From: an uncultured Bacteroidota bacterium
GTDB taxonomy: Bacteria; Bacteroidota; Bacteroidia; Chitinophagales; Chitinophagaceae
Length of the DNA stretch: 64,000 nt
NCBI GenBank assembly: GCA_963712045.1
Contig: CAVQGO010000018.1
Coordinates: 118,591-182,590 of the forward strand
Direction of reading: 5' to 3'
Shown: piece by piece, positions 31,401-42,737 of the stretch
Numbering within the stretch: position 1 is the first letter of the stretch
How the letters are laid out: every line of letters begins with the position of its first letter
Notes under the pieces: model-generated
Told to the model about the DNA's origin: nothing
Seen by the model: the letters and a program-made list of their open reading frames with translations, nothing else
Database searches by the model: none
Translations under genes and position numbers: made by a program

Positions 31401-32794
31401 GATGTAACTGGATCGCCTTCCCTTCAATGAGTTTTGGCTGAAATGCCTGGATGGAAAGACGGTGAAGAGTCGGAGCACGATTCAGCATCACAGGATGTCC
31501 TTTCAGAATATTTTCCAGGATATCCCACACGATGGCCTCTTTGCGATCAACCAGTTTTCTGGCAGACTTCACTGTTTTTACGATACCTCTTTCAATGAGT
31601 TTACGAATGATAAACGGCTTGAAAAGTTCAGCTGCCATATCTTTAGGCAATCCGCATTCGTGCAATTTCAATTCAGGACCCACCACAATAACGGAACGGC
31701 CTGAATAGTCCACACGTTTACCCAGTAAGTTCTGACGGAAACGTCCTTGTTTACCTTTCAGCACATCACTTAAAGATTTCAGCGCTCTTCCGCCTTCCGC
31801 TTTCACGGCATTGGATTTACGGCTGTTGTCAAAGAGTGAATCGATGGCTTCCTGCAGCATTCTCTTTTCATTGCGCAGGATCACTTCGGGCGCTTTGATT
31901 TCCAATAAACGCTTTAAGACGGTTATTACGGATAATCACACGACGGTAAAGATCATTCAAATCTGAAGACGCAAACCGGCCACCATCCAATGGAACCAGT
32001 GGACGCAATTCAGGAGGAATAACAGGAATATATTGCATAACCATCCATTCCGGACGGTTTGTAATTCTTGTATTGGCATCGCGGAAACTCTCTACTACGC
32101 TCAGGCGCTTCAAAGCGTCTGCTTTACGCTGTTGAGAAGTTTCGTTGGCTGCAGCTGCCCGCAGATCAAAGCTCAGCTGATCCAGATCGATTCTCTGCAG
32201 CAGATCATGCACAGCTTCTGCACCCATCTTGGCGATGAACTTTTGCGGATCGTCGTCAGGTAGATATTGATTGTCTTTCGGAAGAGTTTCAAGAATTTCA
32301 AGATATTCCTCTTCTGTCAGAAGATCACCCTGATTCTGATTTTTATCAGCACGGATTCCTGACTGGATCACGACATATCTTTCGTAATACACAATACTCT
32401 CCAGCTTCTTTGAACTCATGCCCAGCAAATAACCGGTTTTGTTCGGCAGACTTTTGAAATACCAGATATGAACCACAGGGACTACGAGTTTGATATGGCC
32501 CATGCGTTCACGACGAACTTTCTTTTCGGTTACTTCAACGCCGCAACGGTCGCACACGATCCCTTTATAACGGATCCTTTTATATTTTCCGCAGGCACAT
32601 TCATAGTCCTTCACAGGTCCGAATATGCGTTCGCAGAATAAACCATCCCTTTCGGGTTTGTAGGTTCTGTAGTTTATAGTTTCAGGCTTTAAAACCTCTC
32701 CATAGGATCTTTCCAGAATGGAATCGGGAGAAGCAAGTCCGATGGTGATTTTTGAGAAAGTGGCTTTGGGACGATTTTCTTTTTTAATAGCCAT
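28497..32794 (-). CDS. rpoC: DNA-directed RNA polymerase subunit beta' (two apparent +1 frameshifts near 31912 and 29310)
   Basis: Zn finger [60 protein letters not shown] spread over three frames. Removing one base at each junction gives [12 protein letters not shown] and [12 protein letters not shown], about 1431 aa in total. Confidence 0.98.
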
Positions 32795-32947
32795 ATTATT
32801 TGATATCAGGTTTTTAAAAGACAGTTACCACAAATGCATTTACCAAGCAGTTTACAGCAGGAATAACTGTTCCTTTTTGCAACCTACTTTGTTGAAAATC
32901 AGTACTTTAAAAGTGGATAATTTCTGAAAATGCCAGCATAAGGGAGG

Positions 32948-32978
32948 CAAAGGTACGTGGTTTGAATTAATTTACCAA
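32948..32978 (-). promoter_or_regulatory. Bacteroidota promoter for rpoC
   Basis: The minus strand reads TTGG-N19-TACCTTTG (plus-strand CAAAGGTA at 32948-32955), about 150 nt upstream of the rpoC ATG. Confidence 0.7.
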
Positions 32979-33021
32979 GACAAGGCTCTCCGATGCCTTC
33001 AAAAGAAAAGAAATTAATTTT

Positions 33022-33061
33022 GGACTATCTTGCCTCTCTTTTTTAACAAAACAGGTAGTCC
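33022..33061. promoter_or_regulatory. Putative MocR operator 1 (GGACTATC-N25-GTAGTCC)
   Basis: Inverted repeat ending 2 nt before the MocR ATG. Identical half-sites and spacing recur at 34645-34684. Confidence 0.7.
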
Positions 33062-33063
33062 GC

Positions 33064-34541
33064 ATGCTTCCCTGGCGCACCATCATAGAAATAGATAAGG
33101 AATGTGATGTTCCTGTATATCTGCAAATAGCAAATTCTATAATCCGGGAAATGAAAAAAGGCAGGATCGGTCCCGGCATTAAACTGCCCGGCACCCGTCA
33201 GATGTCTGAATTACTGGAAGTGCACCGCAAAACATTGGTTCGGGCTTATGAGGAACTGGATGCCCAGGGTTGGATAGAAATGCGTCCTTCTAAAGGAACT
33301 TTCACCAGTCAAAGCACTTCCTGAAATAAATCCAAGGCGTTTTTATATGAAAACTGAAAAACGCAATTCATTTCCTGAGACAACTGGTTATTCTGTGAAA
33401 GTCAATAATAATATCAGGACACCTGTATTGCCATACCGGAATATTACCGGCTTTCATGACGGTCCGGATGTTCGGCTGATGCCCGTAAAAGAATTGGGCA
33501 AATCATATAAGAGCATATTGTCCAGAACGGTGAATTTAAAATATCTCTCTTACGTGGAAACAGCCGGCGTTCAAAAGTTCAGGGAAGTTCTCTCCGACTA
33601 TCTGAATAGCAGCCGGGGACTTCAAACAAGTTTTGAAAATATTATGATCACCAGGGGAAGTCAGTTCGGATTGTATTTAATTACCTGTGTTCTTTTTTCG
33701 AATGGACAAAATATTATTGTAGGTGAACCTAATTACTATTATGCTGATCATTGTTTTCAAAATGCAGGAATGCGTTTGATCCGGGTTAAGGTGGATGACA
33801 TGGGCATTGATGTGGACGCTATCGAAAAGATTTGTAAAAAGAAAAAGATCAGAGCAGTTTATATTACTTCACATCACCACTATCCAACGACAGTTACGCT
33901 TATAGCTTCCAGGAGAATCAAATTACTGGAACTGTCAGAAAAATACGGATTCATCATTATAGAAGATGATTATGATTACGATTTTCATTATTTAAGCAGT
34001 CCCATTCTCCCACTCATCAGTGCCGATCAGAAGGGCATGATCATTTACGTTGGTACCCTGAGCAAAACCATTGCACCTGCTATCAGAACAGGTTATGTGA
34101 TTGCACCTCCTAATTTACTGTTGGAACTGACCAGATTAAGACAACTCATGGATACACAGGGAGACCCGATTATGGAGCTGGCACTGGCAGAAATGTTTTC
34201 TAAACGGCGAAATTCGGAGACATATGAAAAAAGCATTGAATGAATACCATCGGCGCCGGGATTTTGTTTGTGACCTGATGACCCAACATCTGTCTGCATT
34301 CATTGAATTTAAAATCCCTGATGGCGGACTCGCCATTTGGGCAAAATTCAATAAATCCATTCCCCTGCCGGCGCTTACTGAAAAGCTTAGGCCACAAGGT
34401 CTGATTCTTTCCAATGGACTTATTCATAATTCCGGTTCCGTCTCTCTGAATTCCACCCGGATGGGATTTGCCTGGATGAATGAAAAAGAAGCGGAAATAG
34501 CCGTTGGGAAACTAATCAAAACAATCAAAGAAAAATTTTGA
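33064..34541 (+). CDS. MocR/GabR family PLP-dependent transcriptional regulator (two apparent +1 frameshifts near 33310 and 34203)
   Basis: GntR wHTH LPGTRQMSELLEVHRKTLVRAYEEL; aminotransferase domain IIEDDYDYDF, YVGTLSKTIAPAIRTGY. Single-base removals join the three ORFs. Confidence 0.92.
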
Positions 34542-34644
34542 GTCTGGCGCCCGGCGCGATTTTTCTTATGACGGGTGATTATGAACCAACCATCGGCACG
34601 AATCGATTTACCAACGGAAAATGTCCCGGGTATCAATTCCAACC

Positions 34645-34684
34645 GGACTATCACATTTAAATAAACCGGTCACTTATGTAGTCC
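34645..34684. promoter_or_regulatory. Putative MocR operator 2 (GGACTATC-N25-GTAGTCC)
   Basis: Same half-sites and 25-nt spacer as 33022-33061, 54 nt upstream of the gene at 34739. Confidence 0.7.
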
Positions 34685-34738
34685 AAATGATATTTACTTT
34701 TATATGGTCAAACAATCGCTAACCAAAAAAGAGTAACC

Positions 34739-35176
34739 ATGAAAAAGTATCTGTTTATTATTTATTTCCTTATCGCCGGATTGAGTTCAAGAGCTGCGGT
34801 GTCCACAATCAATGAAAAATTAATTCAGTCATTTAATGATTCATATCCGCACGCAGTGAAAGTAAACTGGCTGGAATTAGCGGAAACCTATGCTGTTAAT
34901 TTTGAGGAAGCAGGTGTAAAATCCACCATTCACTATAATAAGGACGGCAGTTTTCTCAGTGCCATCCGTTATTACTCTGAAGAAAAACTTCCTTACTATC
35001 TGATCGCAACCCTGAACGAAAAATTTCCGGGAAAAAAGATTTACAGCGTAACGGAACTGTCCAATCCTTATGAAATTACCTATTACATCAAACTGGAGGA
35101 TGCAAAAACCTGGAGGACTGTGAAAGTCGACAGTGATGGTAATGTTGTTGTGATAGAAAAATTCAATAAGGCTTAA
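34739..35176 (+). CDS. Secreted PepSY-like/BLIP-like small protein
   Basis: Signal peptide; F...YP.A..V.W and two repeated beta-hairpin units typical of Bacteroidota PepSY-like proteins. Confidence 0.65.
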   Translation: MKKYLFIIYFLIAGLSSRAAVSTINEKLIQSFNDSYPHAVKVNWLELAETYAVNFEEAGVKSTIHYNKDGSFLSAIRYYSEEKLPYYLIATLNEKFPGKKIYSVTELSNPYEITYYIKLEDAKTWRTVKVDSDGNVVVIEKFNKA

Positions 35177-35230
35177 TAAAAAATGCCCGGACCGCCGTTC
35201 AACAATTGAAACAGCGGTTCAGGCATTCTT
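35177..35230. terminator. Bidirectional terminator between convergent genes
   Basis: AATGCC..GACCGC....GCGGTT..GGCATT interrupted stem with an A run on the left and TTCTT on the right. Confidence 0.55.
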
Positions 35231-35258
35231 CCAATCACCCCATCCGACACTACAATTC

Positions 35259-36135
35259 CTAAGGCTGGCCCTTTACACGGTTGAAAAATTCATTTTGTAA
35301 TTCCAGGGTTTTTTTATCAGCCTTGATTGCCTTCAGCGCTTTTACCAACGATTCGATATAGTGTTCATTAACCAACTGGCCGAGTTCACGGGTTGCTTTT
35401 GCGCCTTCTCCGGCATAATGATTCGGGTAATCGGCATACCACCAGATCGCAGTATATACATTGGGTATGTCAAGTCTTTTTTGATTGGCTCCTGACTCAT
35501 TGCTGGCGCTATCCATTTTGACCAGGTCCGGTCTTAAATAAAGAAGCGAAGATGTTTCTCTTTCCCCGGCATGCTGATCCCCTGCCGGATCAGATTTATG
35601 AAGCTCGCTCATTTTTTTCCGTATGCCGAATCGGAACCGGGTTCGAAAAAATAAACTGCATAGTTTCTTCTCTTTTCGAGTCTTGTTTGTATAAAATACC
35701 GGATCAGTTCCGGGTTCCCTCCATGACCGTTAATGATAACAATTTTGCTGAACCCGTTTCGTGCAATTTCATCACAGGTTGCTTCCAGTAAATCCCACAC
35801 GATGCGTTCAGGTAGTGCAAAACTGCCATACTGATGCCGGGCTTCATTGATCTGTCCGTAAAAATAGTCGGGGAAAACAACGGAATATTCTTTTTTGGTT
35901 GCTCGCGCAGCCCATTCGCGAACCTGTATCAGATCGGATCCGATGGGAACATGAGGACCATGTTTTTCAAGAATTCCAATGGGCAAAATGCATGTCTGGT
36001 TCGACATCTCCAATGCTTTCGGCCATTCACTGGCGGTCAGCTCATCCCAACGGCTATGCAGTTCCTGTGCCAATGAATGCATCCCCATCATTAAAAAAGC
36101 CAACAGGCAGACATCATTCTTGTTCGAGTATTCAT
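35259..36135 (-). CDS. Creatininase-family amidohydrolase with signal peptide (two apparent homopolymer deletions near 36095 and 35615)
   Basis: LPIGILEKHGPH..IGSD, INGHGGN, DQHAGERETS. Adding one T and one A gives MNTRTRMMSACWLFLMMGMHSLAQE... and GKKMSELHK. Confidence 0.85.
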
Positions 36136-36215
36136 TTTTTTTGTTTTTATGAAAAAGGAAAATTGATTCTTTAATTGCTATCGTCGTTTTGAGAACGACT
36201 ATATCGTTTGAAATT

Positions 36216-36419
36216 TCACTCCGATTTAAATGCATCACCAGAAATTACACAATCAATTTTTTTAGATTTGACAGCTCCGTCCATAGTCCCCTGCTCCATT
36301 TGAATGGCACAAACGATGTAAAACGGCATATCTCCGTTATGTCCGGGATATTTTGACAACAAAAAAGTGAAAAGAGACAGGAGTAACAGATAAATGGGAA
36401 ATCCATATTTCGAAAGCAT
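36216..36419 (-). pseudogene. Truncated N-terminal remnant of a membrane protein
   Basis: A TM helix plus HNGDMPFY, about 50 sensible codons, then it runs into AT-rich promoter-like DNA. All frames close within about 20 codons. Confidence 0.45.
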
Positions 36420-36429
36420 AATATTAGTA

Positions 36430-38004
36430 TTACCGCTGCTCCAATTCGGGTGCCTCTCTTAGCTTATTTCTCTCAAGAAATTTCTCCCGGATTATTTTCT
36501 GAACAGGCACATCCCTGATTTTACTTTCCAGCCAGGAAATAATATCAAGATAGACAAAGGCCCGGGTTTCAAAACGATTCTTTTCATAGGTCTTAAGCTG
36601 TTCCAGTAATTTTGAAAATCCGGGTTTTAGTTCCATCGGTCCCAATTGGAATGATTTCCTCAGAAAGCGGAATATTTCTTCTTCCACCAGACTCAGGTTT
36701 TCCATTTTTGCCATGAAACGGTAAACCGATTTGATCAGGTACTCCAATAAATTATCATTACCCAGTTCATAATGTGCAATCAGGTGTAACAGTCGTGAAT
36801 AACACTGAAGATCGGTACGCAGATCCATTTTCCAGTTGATGATTTTGTTGAGGTATTTGATCGTATTCTCATAATCCCCACTGCCGAAATACAGGCTGGC
36901 AAATTTGTAATAAAAAACCAGAATGCGATGTCTGTCCAGGTAGATCTCATATTCCTTTAGCTTTTCTTCGATGTAAGGAACCAGGGTCAAACCTTCCGAA
37001 AAAGTACCGTCAATAAAATGTTTGTTGATTTTTGCGATGTGGAGATAAACGAAAGTCTGTATGCGATTGTTATCGTTTTCCTGTACAGCATCAGAATTAA
37101 AAAAGATTTCAAAGCGGTCAAGCGTTTCCAGGAATTTCGGGTAATTCAGTAAATCGAAATGTGCGCCCAGCAGATTATGCATGCCTTTGATATAGTGCGC
37201 CGTTTCAATCTGTATCATGGCAGGCTCCTTTTCAAATAGTTCCACCCAGCGATGAGTATACCGGTAGTAAGAAAGAAAATCCTGACCGATAAATGTGAAC
37301 CAGCTATAACATTGAAAGAGATACAGACTCTCATAAAATCCGTTATTGGAAGGCATCGGGACCGGCAGTCTGGTCTCGAAAAATTCCTTTACGGCGATTT
37401 CATCTTTTTCATTACGAGCCACGCCATGCTGAATATACCAGCTGTATAGCTGAAGTGAAAGACTGGAAAGTTTCCCGGCAAGTCGAATCTGTTCATTTAC
37501 GGCCTCCATTTCGTCTGCCAGCTTCAGTGCACGGTCCTGCATACTTCTTGTGATATGGAGGGCTTCGATTTTTTGTTCAAAGAGCAGGACTTCCAGTACA
37601 TAACTGTATTGGTGGAATTGCCGGGCATATTCCTTTATGCGGTCAAGTACTTTCAGGCTTTGCAAATACAACCCCTGATTGTACAGGATTTCGGCATAAT
37701 CCACTTGCTCATGCAACTGGAGAACGATATTTTGTTCACCACGTATCAGTCGCAGACTGCTCAGTATTTGTTTGTACAAATGAGCTTTGATATTCGAAAG
37801 TTGCTGCTTGCTTAACTGCTTGTTTTTCCTCAAAAGTTCCGTTTCATCATATGTCTCCATTTTATCCAGGGCGTCGAATAAGTAGATGATTTTCAGGTCC
37901 TCTGACGCGGTATTCCGCTTTACATAGAGCTTGAAATTCCGTTTCTCGGACTTTTTCAGAGATTTAACAAGTTGAAACAAGGTATCAGAAGAGCGGTTGG
38001 GCAT
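36430..38004 (-). CDS. Conserved hypothetical alpha-helical/TPR-like protein
   Basis: 524-aa cytoplasmic ORF with repeated TPR-like helices (ASLYFGSGDYENTIKYLNKII). Divergent from leuA. Confidence 0.8.
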   Translation of the reverse strand: MPNRSSDTLFQLVKSLKKSEKRNFKLYVKRNTASEDLKIIYLFDALDKMETYDETELLRKNKQLSKQQLSNIKAHLYKQILSSLRLIRGEQNIVLQLHEQVDYAEILYNQGLYLQSLKVLDRIKEYARQFHQYSYVLEVLLFEQKIEALHITRSMQDRALKLADEMEAVNEQIRLAGKLSSLSLQLYSWYIQHGVARNEKDEIAVKEFFETRLPVPMPSNNGFYESLYLFQCYSWFTFIGQDFLSYYRYTHRWVELFEKEPAMIQIETAHYIKGMHNLLGAHFDLLNYPKFLETLDRFEIFFNSDAVQENDNNRIQTFVYLHIAKINKHFIDGTFSEGLTLVPYIEEKLKEYEIYLDRHRILVFYYKFASLYFGSGDYENTIKYLNKIINWKMDLRTDLQCYSRLLHLIAHYELGNDNLLEYLIKSVYRFMAKMENLSLVEEEIFRFLRKSFQLGPMELKPGFSKLLEQLKTYEKNRFETRAFVYLDIISWLESKIRDVPVQKIIREKFLERNKLREAPELEQR

Positions 38005-38148
38005 CGTAATTTGGATCGTCTAAATTAAGGACTGGCGCGGGTTTCAGAAGTTAAACACCCCTTTCTGAACTGTAATTCAAAGGGGATTTTGATTTGTGTA
38101 TTGAACCAAACAAAAATAACTTCGAAACAACTCATTTCCCAAAACGAT

Positions 38149-39306
38149 ATGAAAACCGACAAAATATACATTTTCGACACCACCCTGCGCGACGGGGAAC
38201 AGGTTCCCGGCTGTAAACTGAATACCAAAGAAAAGCTGGAACTGGCCCTGGAACTGGAAAATCTGGGTGTTGATATTATTGAAGCCGGTTTTCCGATTTC
38301 AAGCCCGGGTGATTTTCATTCGGTGGAGGAGATTTCAAAAGTGGTCAGAAACGCCAGTGTCTGTGCCCTGAGCCGGGCGGTAAAGGCAGACATCGAGGCA
38401 GCCGGACAGGCACTTAAAAAAGCGAAACATCCCCGTATTCATACCGGTATCGGCACTTCTGACCTCCATATCAAGTCGAAATTCAATTCAAACAGGGAGG
38501 ATATCATTGAACGTGCGGTACAGGCCGTCAAATGGGCCAAAAACCTGGTGGCAGATGTAGAGTTCTATGCAGAAGATGCAGGTCGAACCGACAACGCTTA
38601 TTTGGCCAGGGTAATAGAAGCCGTTATCAAAGCGGGGGCTACAGTGGTCAATATTCCGGATACTACGGGGTACTGCCTGCCGTATCAATATGGAGAAAAA
38701 ATCGCCTATCTCGTGAACCATGTAAGCAATATCGACAAAGCCGTTATTTCCTGTCACTGTCATAATGATCTCGGACTGGCAACTGCCAATTCGATTGCAG
38801 GCATTATAGCCGGTGCCCGGCAGATTGAATGTACGATCAATGGCCTGGGGGAAAGAGCCGGCAATACGGCCCTGGAAGAAGTAGTCATGATCATTAAACA
38901 GCACGCCGATTTGGGATTTACGACGGGTATTAAAACCCAGTCTCTGAATCCGATGAGCCGTCTGGTTTCAGAAACCATGCGCATGCACGTACAACCCAAT
39001 AAAGCCATCGTGGGGTCCAATGCATTTTCGCATTCTTCCGGAATTCATCAGGATGGATTTCTGAAAGATGCACAGACCTATGAAATTATCAATCCGGATG
39101 AAGTGGGTGCCGACGGTTCCAAAATCGTTCTCACCGCCCGCAGCGGACGTAGCGCGCTTGCTCATCGTCTCCGGATGCTGGGTTATGATTTTACGCGCAA
39201 CGAAATCGACATTTTGTATAACGAATTCCTGCGTTTAGCAGATACGAAAAAAGAAGTGGGCGAAGAAGATTTGCACGAACTTGCAAAAATTACGGTAAAC
39301 GCTTAG
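38149..39306 (+). CDS. leuA: 2-isopropylmalate synthase (short form, 385 aa)
   Basis: [45 protein letters not shown] at 38149, with a TAACTTCG box at 38117-38124. Confidence 0.95.
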   Translation: MKTDKIYIFDTTLRDGEQVPGCKLNTKEKLELALELENLGVDIIEAGFPISSPGDFHSVEEISKVVRNASVCALSRAVKADIEAAGQALKKAKHPRIHTGIGTSDLHIKSKFNSNREDIIERAVQAVKWAKNLVADVEFYAEDAGRTDNAYLARVIEAVIKAGATVVNIPDTTGYCLPYQYGEKIAYLVNHVSNIDKAVISCHCHNDLGLATANSIAGIIAGARQIECTINGLGERAGNTALEEVVMIIKQHADLGFTTGIKTQSLNPMSRLVSETMRMHVQPNKAIVGSNAFSHSSGIHQDGFLKDAQTYEIINPDEVGADGSKIVLTARSGRSALAHRLRMLGYDFTRNEIDILYNEFLRLADTKKEVGEEDLHELAKITVNA

Positions 39307-39371
39307 AAACATCCAGTCTGCATATTCTCCCAAAAAAAGAAGAAAGCAGCAAAAGCGCCAGTAAACAAATT

Positions 39372-40772
39372 ATGAAGCCAAAAACACTTTTCGAAAAAAT
39401 CTGGGACACTCACGTGGTGAAGACCATCGAGGACGGCCCATCCATATTATATATTGACAAACACTTTATTCATGAAGTAACCAGTCCGCAGGCTTTTAAG
39501 GGACTGGAACAACGCGGTCTTCCTGTTTTCAGGCCGGAACAAATCGTGGCTACTGCGGATCATAATGTACCTACTCAAAATCAACACCTGCCCATCAAAG
39601 AAGCACTTTCACGCCTGCAGGTTGATACACTGGATAAGAATTGCAAAAAATTCGGGATCGAATTATATGGACTTGGACATCCTTATCAGGGCATTGTGCA
39701 TGTAATCGGACCCGAAATGGGATTCACCCAGCCCGGTATGACGATCGTTTGTGGTGACAGTCATACATCTACCCATGGGGCTTTCGGAACCATCGCCTTT
39801 GGCATCGGTACAAGCGAAGTGGAAATGGTGATGGCTACACAATGTCTGATGCAGACAAAACCCCGGCTCATGCGTATCAATGTAGAGGGCAAACTTCATC
39901 CCGGTGTTTTATCAAAAGACATCATATTATATATCATCGCAAAAATATCTGCCAGCGGGGCTACCGGTTATGCGGTGGAATATGCAGGATCTGCCATCCG
40001 CAATCTCTCTATGGAAGCCAGGATGACAATTTGTAATATGAGCATTGAAATGGGTGCCCGTTGCGGAATGATCGCTCCGGATGAAATTACTTTCAACTAT
40101 ATGAAAGGAAGAAAGTATGTGCCAAAGGATGAAAACTGGGACAAATCCGTCGCTTACTGGAAAACGCTTTTCACAGATCAGGGGGCCGAATTTGATGCTG
40201 AGTTAGACATTGACGCCTCAGAAATCGAACCCATGATTACTTACGGAACCAACCCCGGTATGGGCATTGGCATCAGTGGGCATGTACCCAATCTGCGGGA
40301 CGTGGAAGAGAAAGAAAAAAATTCATTTGAAAAATCACTTCAATATATGGGCCTTGAGCCCGGGATGGGCATTATAGGCAAAAAGGTGGACTATATTTTC
40401 ATCGGCAGTTGTACCAACAGCCGAATTGAAGACCTCCGCCTGGTGGCTGATTTTGTAAGAGGAAAACAAAAAGCAAAAGATGTGGAAGTTTGGATTGTTC
40501 CGGGCAGTAAACAGGTGGAAAAACAAGCGCAGGCAGAAGGAATCGACAAAATTTTCGAAGCCGCCGGATTTATTCTCCGCCAGCCAGGCTGTTCTGCATG
40601 CCTGGGTATGAACGAAGACAAAATTCCCGCGGGGAAATATTGCATTTCCACCAGCAACCGGAATTTCGAAGGACGTCAGGGGCCTAATGCAAGAACTTTC
40701 CTCACGAGCCCATTGACGGCAGCTGCAGCTGCGATTACGGGCCGGGTCACTGATGTCAGGGAACTTATGTAG
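39372..40772 (+). CDS. leuC: 3-isopropylmalate dehydratase large subunit
   Basis: [52 protein letters not shown]. Confidence 0.98.
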   Translation: MKPKTLFEKIWDTHVVKTIEDGPSILYIDKHFIHEVTSPQAFKGLEQRGLPVFRPEQIVATADHNVPTQNQHLPIKEALSRLQVDTLDKNCKKFGIELYGLGHPYQGIVHVIGPEMGFTQPGMTIVCGDSHTSTHGAFGTIAFGIGTSEVEMVMATQCLMQTKPRLMRINVEGKLHPGVLSKDIILYIIAKISASGATGYAVEYAGSAIRNLSMEARMTICNMSIEMGARCGMIAPDEITFNYMKGRKYVPKDENWDKSVAYWKTLFTDQGAEFDAELDIDASEIEPMITYGTNPGMGIGISGHVPNLRDVEEKEKNSFEKSLQYMGLEPGMGIIGKKVDYIFIGSCTNSRIEDLRLVADFVRGKQKAKDVEVWIVPGSKQVEKQAQAEGIDKIFEAAGFILRQPGCSACLGMNEDKIPAGKYCISTSNRNFEGRQGPNARTFLTSPLTAAAAAITGRVTDVRELM

Positions 40773-40803
40773 TGTGGAAGTCTGGAAGTGTGGAAGTGTG
40801 GAA
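40772..40803. repeat. Octamer tandem array (GTGTGGAA x4, degenerate)
   Basis: GTGTGGAA GTCTGGAA GTGTGGAA GTGTGGAA starting at the leuC stop codon. Confidence 0.8.
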
Positions 40804-40837
40804 GATGAAATTGAAAATGTAAATACCAAAAATACTC

Positions 40838-41452
40838 GTGAAAGCAATAAATAAAATACTTAGTACAGGGGTTCCTATCAATATCGAAAATATCGATACG
40901 GATCAGATAATTCCTGCACGTTTTCTAAAGGCAACCAGCCGGGATGGATTCGGTAAAAATCTGTTTCGCGACTGGCGTTATGAAAATGATGATGAAAAGA
41001 AACCGAGGAAGGATTTTGCATTAAATGATCCCCGTTATTCAGGAAAAATATTGGTGGCAGGTAAAAATTTTGGATGCGGATCATCCCGGGAGCATGCGGC
41101 CTGGGCGATCAAGGATTTTGGATTTGACGTGGTGGTGAGTAGTTTTTTTGCTGACATTTTTAAAAACAACGCGTTGAATAATTTTTGTCTGCCGGTTACC
41201 GTGAGTGATGAATTTTTGAAGGAACTCTTCAACGCGATTGACAGCAGGCCTTCAACACAAATTCAGGTCGATCTGGAGAGTCAGTCTATCCATTTTGAGG
41301 GAACAGATGTAACAGTAAAAGAAAAATTTGAAATCAGCCCGTATAAAAAAACCTGTTTGCTCAACGGTTATGATGATATTGATTACCTGTTGAGTATGAA
41401 GGAAGAAATTACCGCTTTCGAAAAGAAAACCGCCATCCCGAATACTATATGA
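40838..41452 (+). CDS. leuD: 3-isopropylmalate dehydratase small subunit
   Basis: [27 protein letters not shown] start. Confidence 0.97.
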   Translation: MKAINKILSTGVPINIENIDTDQIIPARFLKATSRDGFGKNLFRDWRYENDDEKKPRKDFALNDPRYSGKILVAGKNFGCGSSREHAAWAIKDFGFDVVVSSFFADIFKNNALNNFCLPVTVSDEFLKELFNAIDSRPSTQIQVDLESQSIHFEGTDVTVKEKFEISPYKKTCLLNGYDDIDYLLSMKEEITAFEKKTAIPNTI

Positions 41453-42567
41453 AAAAAAACATTGTCGTCATTGAAGGCGACGGCATCGGTCCGGAAGTGA
41501 CCCGTCAAGCCGTCAAAGTATTAAATGCCATTGCTGAATGTTTTCATCATGAGTTCCATTACAGGTACTGTCTGATGGGCGCAATCGCTATAGATAAAAC
41601 CGGAAATCCGCTTCCCGACGAAACAATTAAACTGGCACTTGAAAGTGATGCCATTCTTTTTGGTGCAATCGGACATCCAAAATATGATCAGGACCCTACG
41701 GCCAAGGTTCGCCCGGAGCAAGGCTTGCTGAAACTGAGAAAATCCCTGCAGCTGTTCGCGAATATCCGGCCAATAAGTACATATCCTTCTCTCCATCATT
41801 TGTCTCCTCTAAAAACAAAAAATATTGAAGGCGTCGATTTTATAATATACCGCGAACTGACCGGCGGTATTTATTTCGGAAAGAAGGAAACGAATGCAGA
41901 TCAGACGGTCGCTACAGATGAGTGCACCTACAGCAGGGAAGAAATTGAACGTATTGCGCACCTGGCTTTCAAACAGGCTGTCATTCGCAGAAAAAAATTA
42001 ACACTGGTTGATAAGGCTAATGTGCTGGAAACGTCCAGATTGTGGAGGAAATGGGTTCAGGAAATTGCCAAGGGCTATCCCGAAGTAACACTGGATTTCC
42101 TTTTTGTGGACAATGCAGCCATGCAGATTATCCTGAATCCAAAACAATTCGATGTGATTCTGACTGAAAATATGTTTGGGGATATCCTCAGCGATGAAGC
42201 CAGCGTAATCAGCGGCTCACTGGGTTTGCTGCCTTCAGCGTCGGTGGGAAAAGGACCTGCTCTTTTCGAACCTATCCATGGATCTTATCCCCAGGCTGCA
42301 GGAAAAGACATTGCCAACCCGCTTGGATCTATTTTGTCGGCTGCTATGATGCTGGATCACTTTGGTTTGTATAAAGAAGCTGAACTCGTAAGAGAAGCTG
42401 CAGAATGGACACTCATGCATGGTTTTGTTACCAAAGATATTGATCCCGTGAATTTTTATTTCACAACAACGATCGGTGAGTTGATCAGCGATTACCTCGT
42501 GGGAAAGATATCCGGGACTGAACTTAATCAGGAAAATATTGCGCTGAGGAAGTCAACTATTATTTAG
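41449..42567 (+). CDS. leuB: 3-isopropylmalate dehydrogenase
   Basis: [34 protein letters not shown]. Confidence 0.98.
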   Translation: MKKNIVVIEGDGIGPEVTRQAVKVLNAIAECFHHEFHYRYCLMGAIAIDKTGNPLPDETIKLALESDAILFGAIGHPKYDQDPTAKVRPEQGLLKLRKSLQLFANIRPISTYPSLHHLSPLKTKNIEGVDFIIYRELTGGIYFGKKETNADQTVATDECTYSREEIERIAHLAFKQAVIRRKKLTLVDKANVLETSRLWRKWVQEIAKGYPEVTLDFLFVDNAAMQIILNPKQFDVILTENMFGDILSDEASVISGSLGLLPSASVGKGPALFEPIHGSYPQAAGKDIANPLGSILSAAMMLDHFGLYKEAELVREAAEWTLMHGFVTKDIDPVNFYFTTTIGELISDYLVGKISGTELNQENIALRKSTII

Positions 42568-42570
42568 TTC

Positions 42571-42601
42571 TTTGTTTTATAAAACGCGGTTCGTATATTC
42601 G
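42571..42601 (+). promoter_or_regulatory. Promoter for the ilv leader
   Basis: TTTG (42571-42574), 19-nt spacer, TATATTCG (42594-42601). Confidence 0.65.
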
Positions 42602-42619
42602 CATTCAACTCGTCTCTCA

Positions 42620-42709
42620 ATGTTGAAAAGCAGTATATATAATAAAGTCCTGATCACACGTATTGTGGTGGTCATTATTATTGTGCTCGCTCTTCCCGGA
42701 GGCGCTTGA
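42620..42709 (+). CDS. ilv operon leader peptide (29 aa)
   Basis: [29 protein letters not shown] contains the run [11 protein letters not shown]. Confidence 0.88.
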   Translation: MLKSSIYNKVLITRIVVVIIIVLALPGGA

Positions 42710-42737
42710 TCGTATAAAATTTTTCAAAAATAATAAC

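Noticed and set aside
28497-32794. Programmed frameshifting or a split beta' subunit in rpoC
   Set aside because: The junctions fall inside conserved motifs, have no slippery site with a stimulatory structure, and match the indel pattern seen in seven other genes.
7260-33060. Recombination repeats at the two presumed inversion breakpoints
   Set aside because: The only shared string I found was AT-rich ATTAATTTC (9 bp), which is not significant. No invertase or IS is nearby.
38005-38148. Leu-rich leader peptide upstream of leuA
   Set aside because: No such ORF or terminator lies between the -7 box and the ATG. The track's extended start at 38089 is upstream of the promoter.
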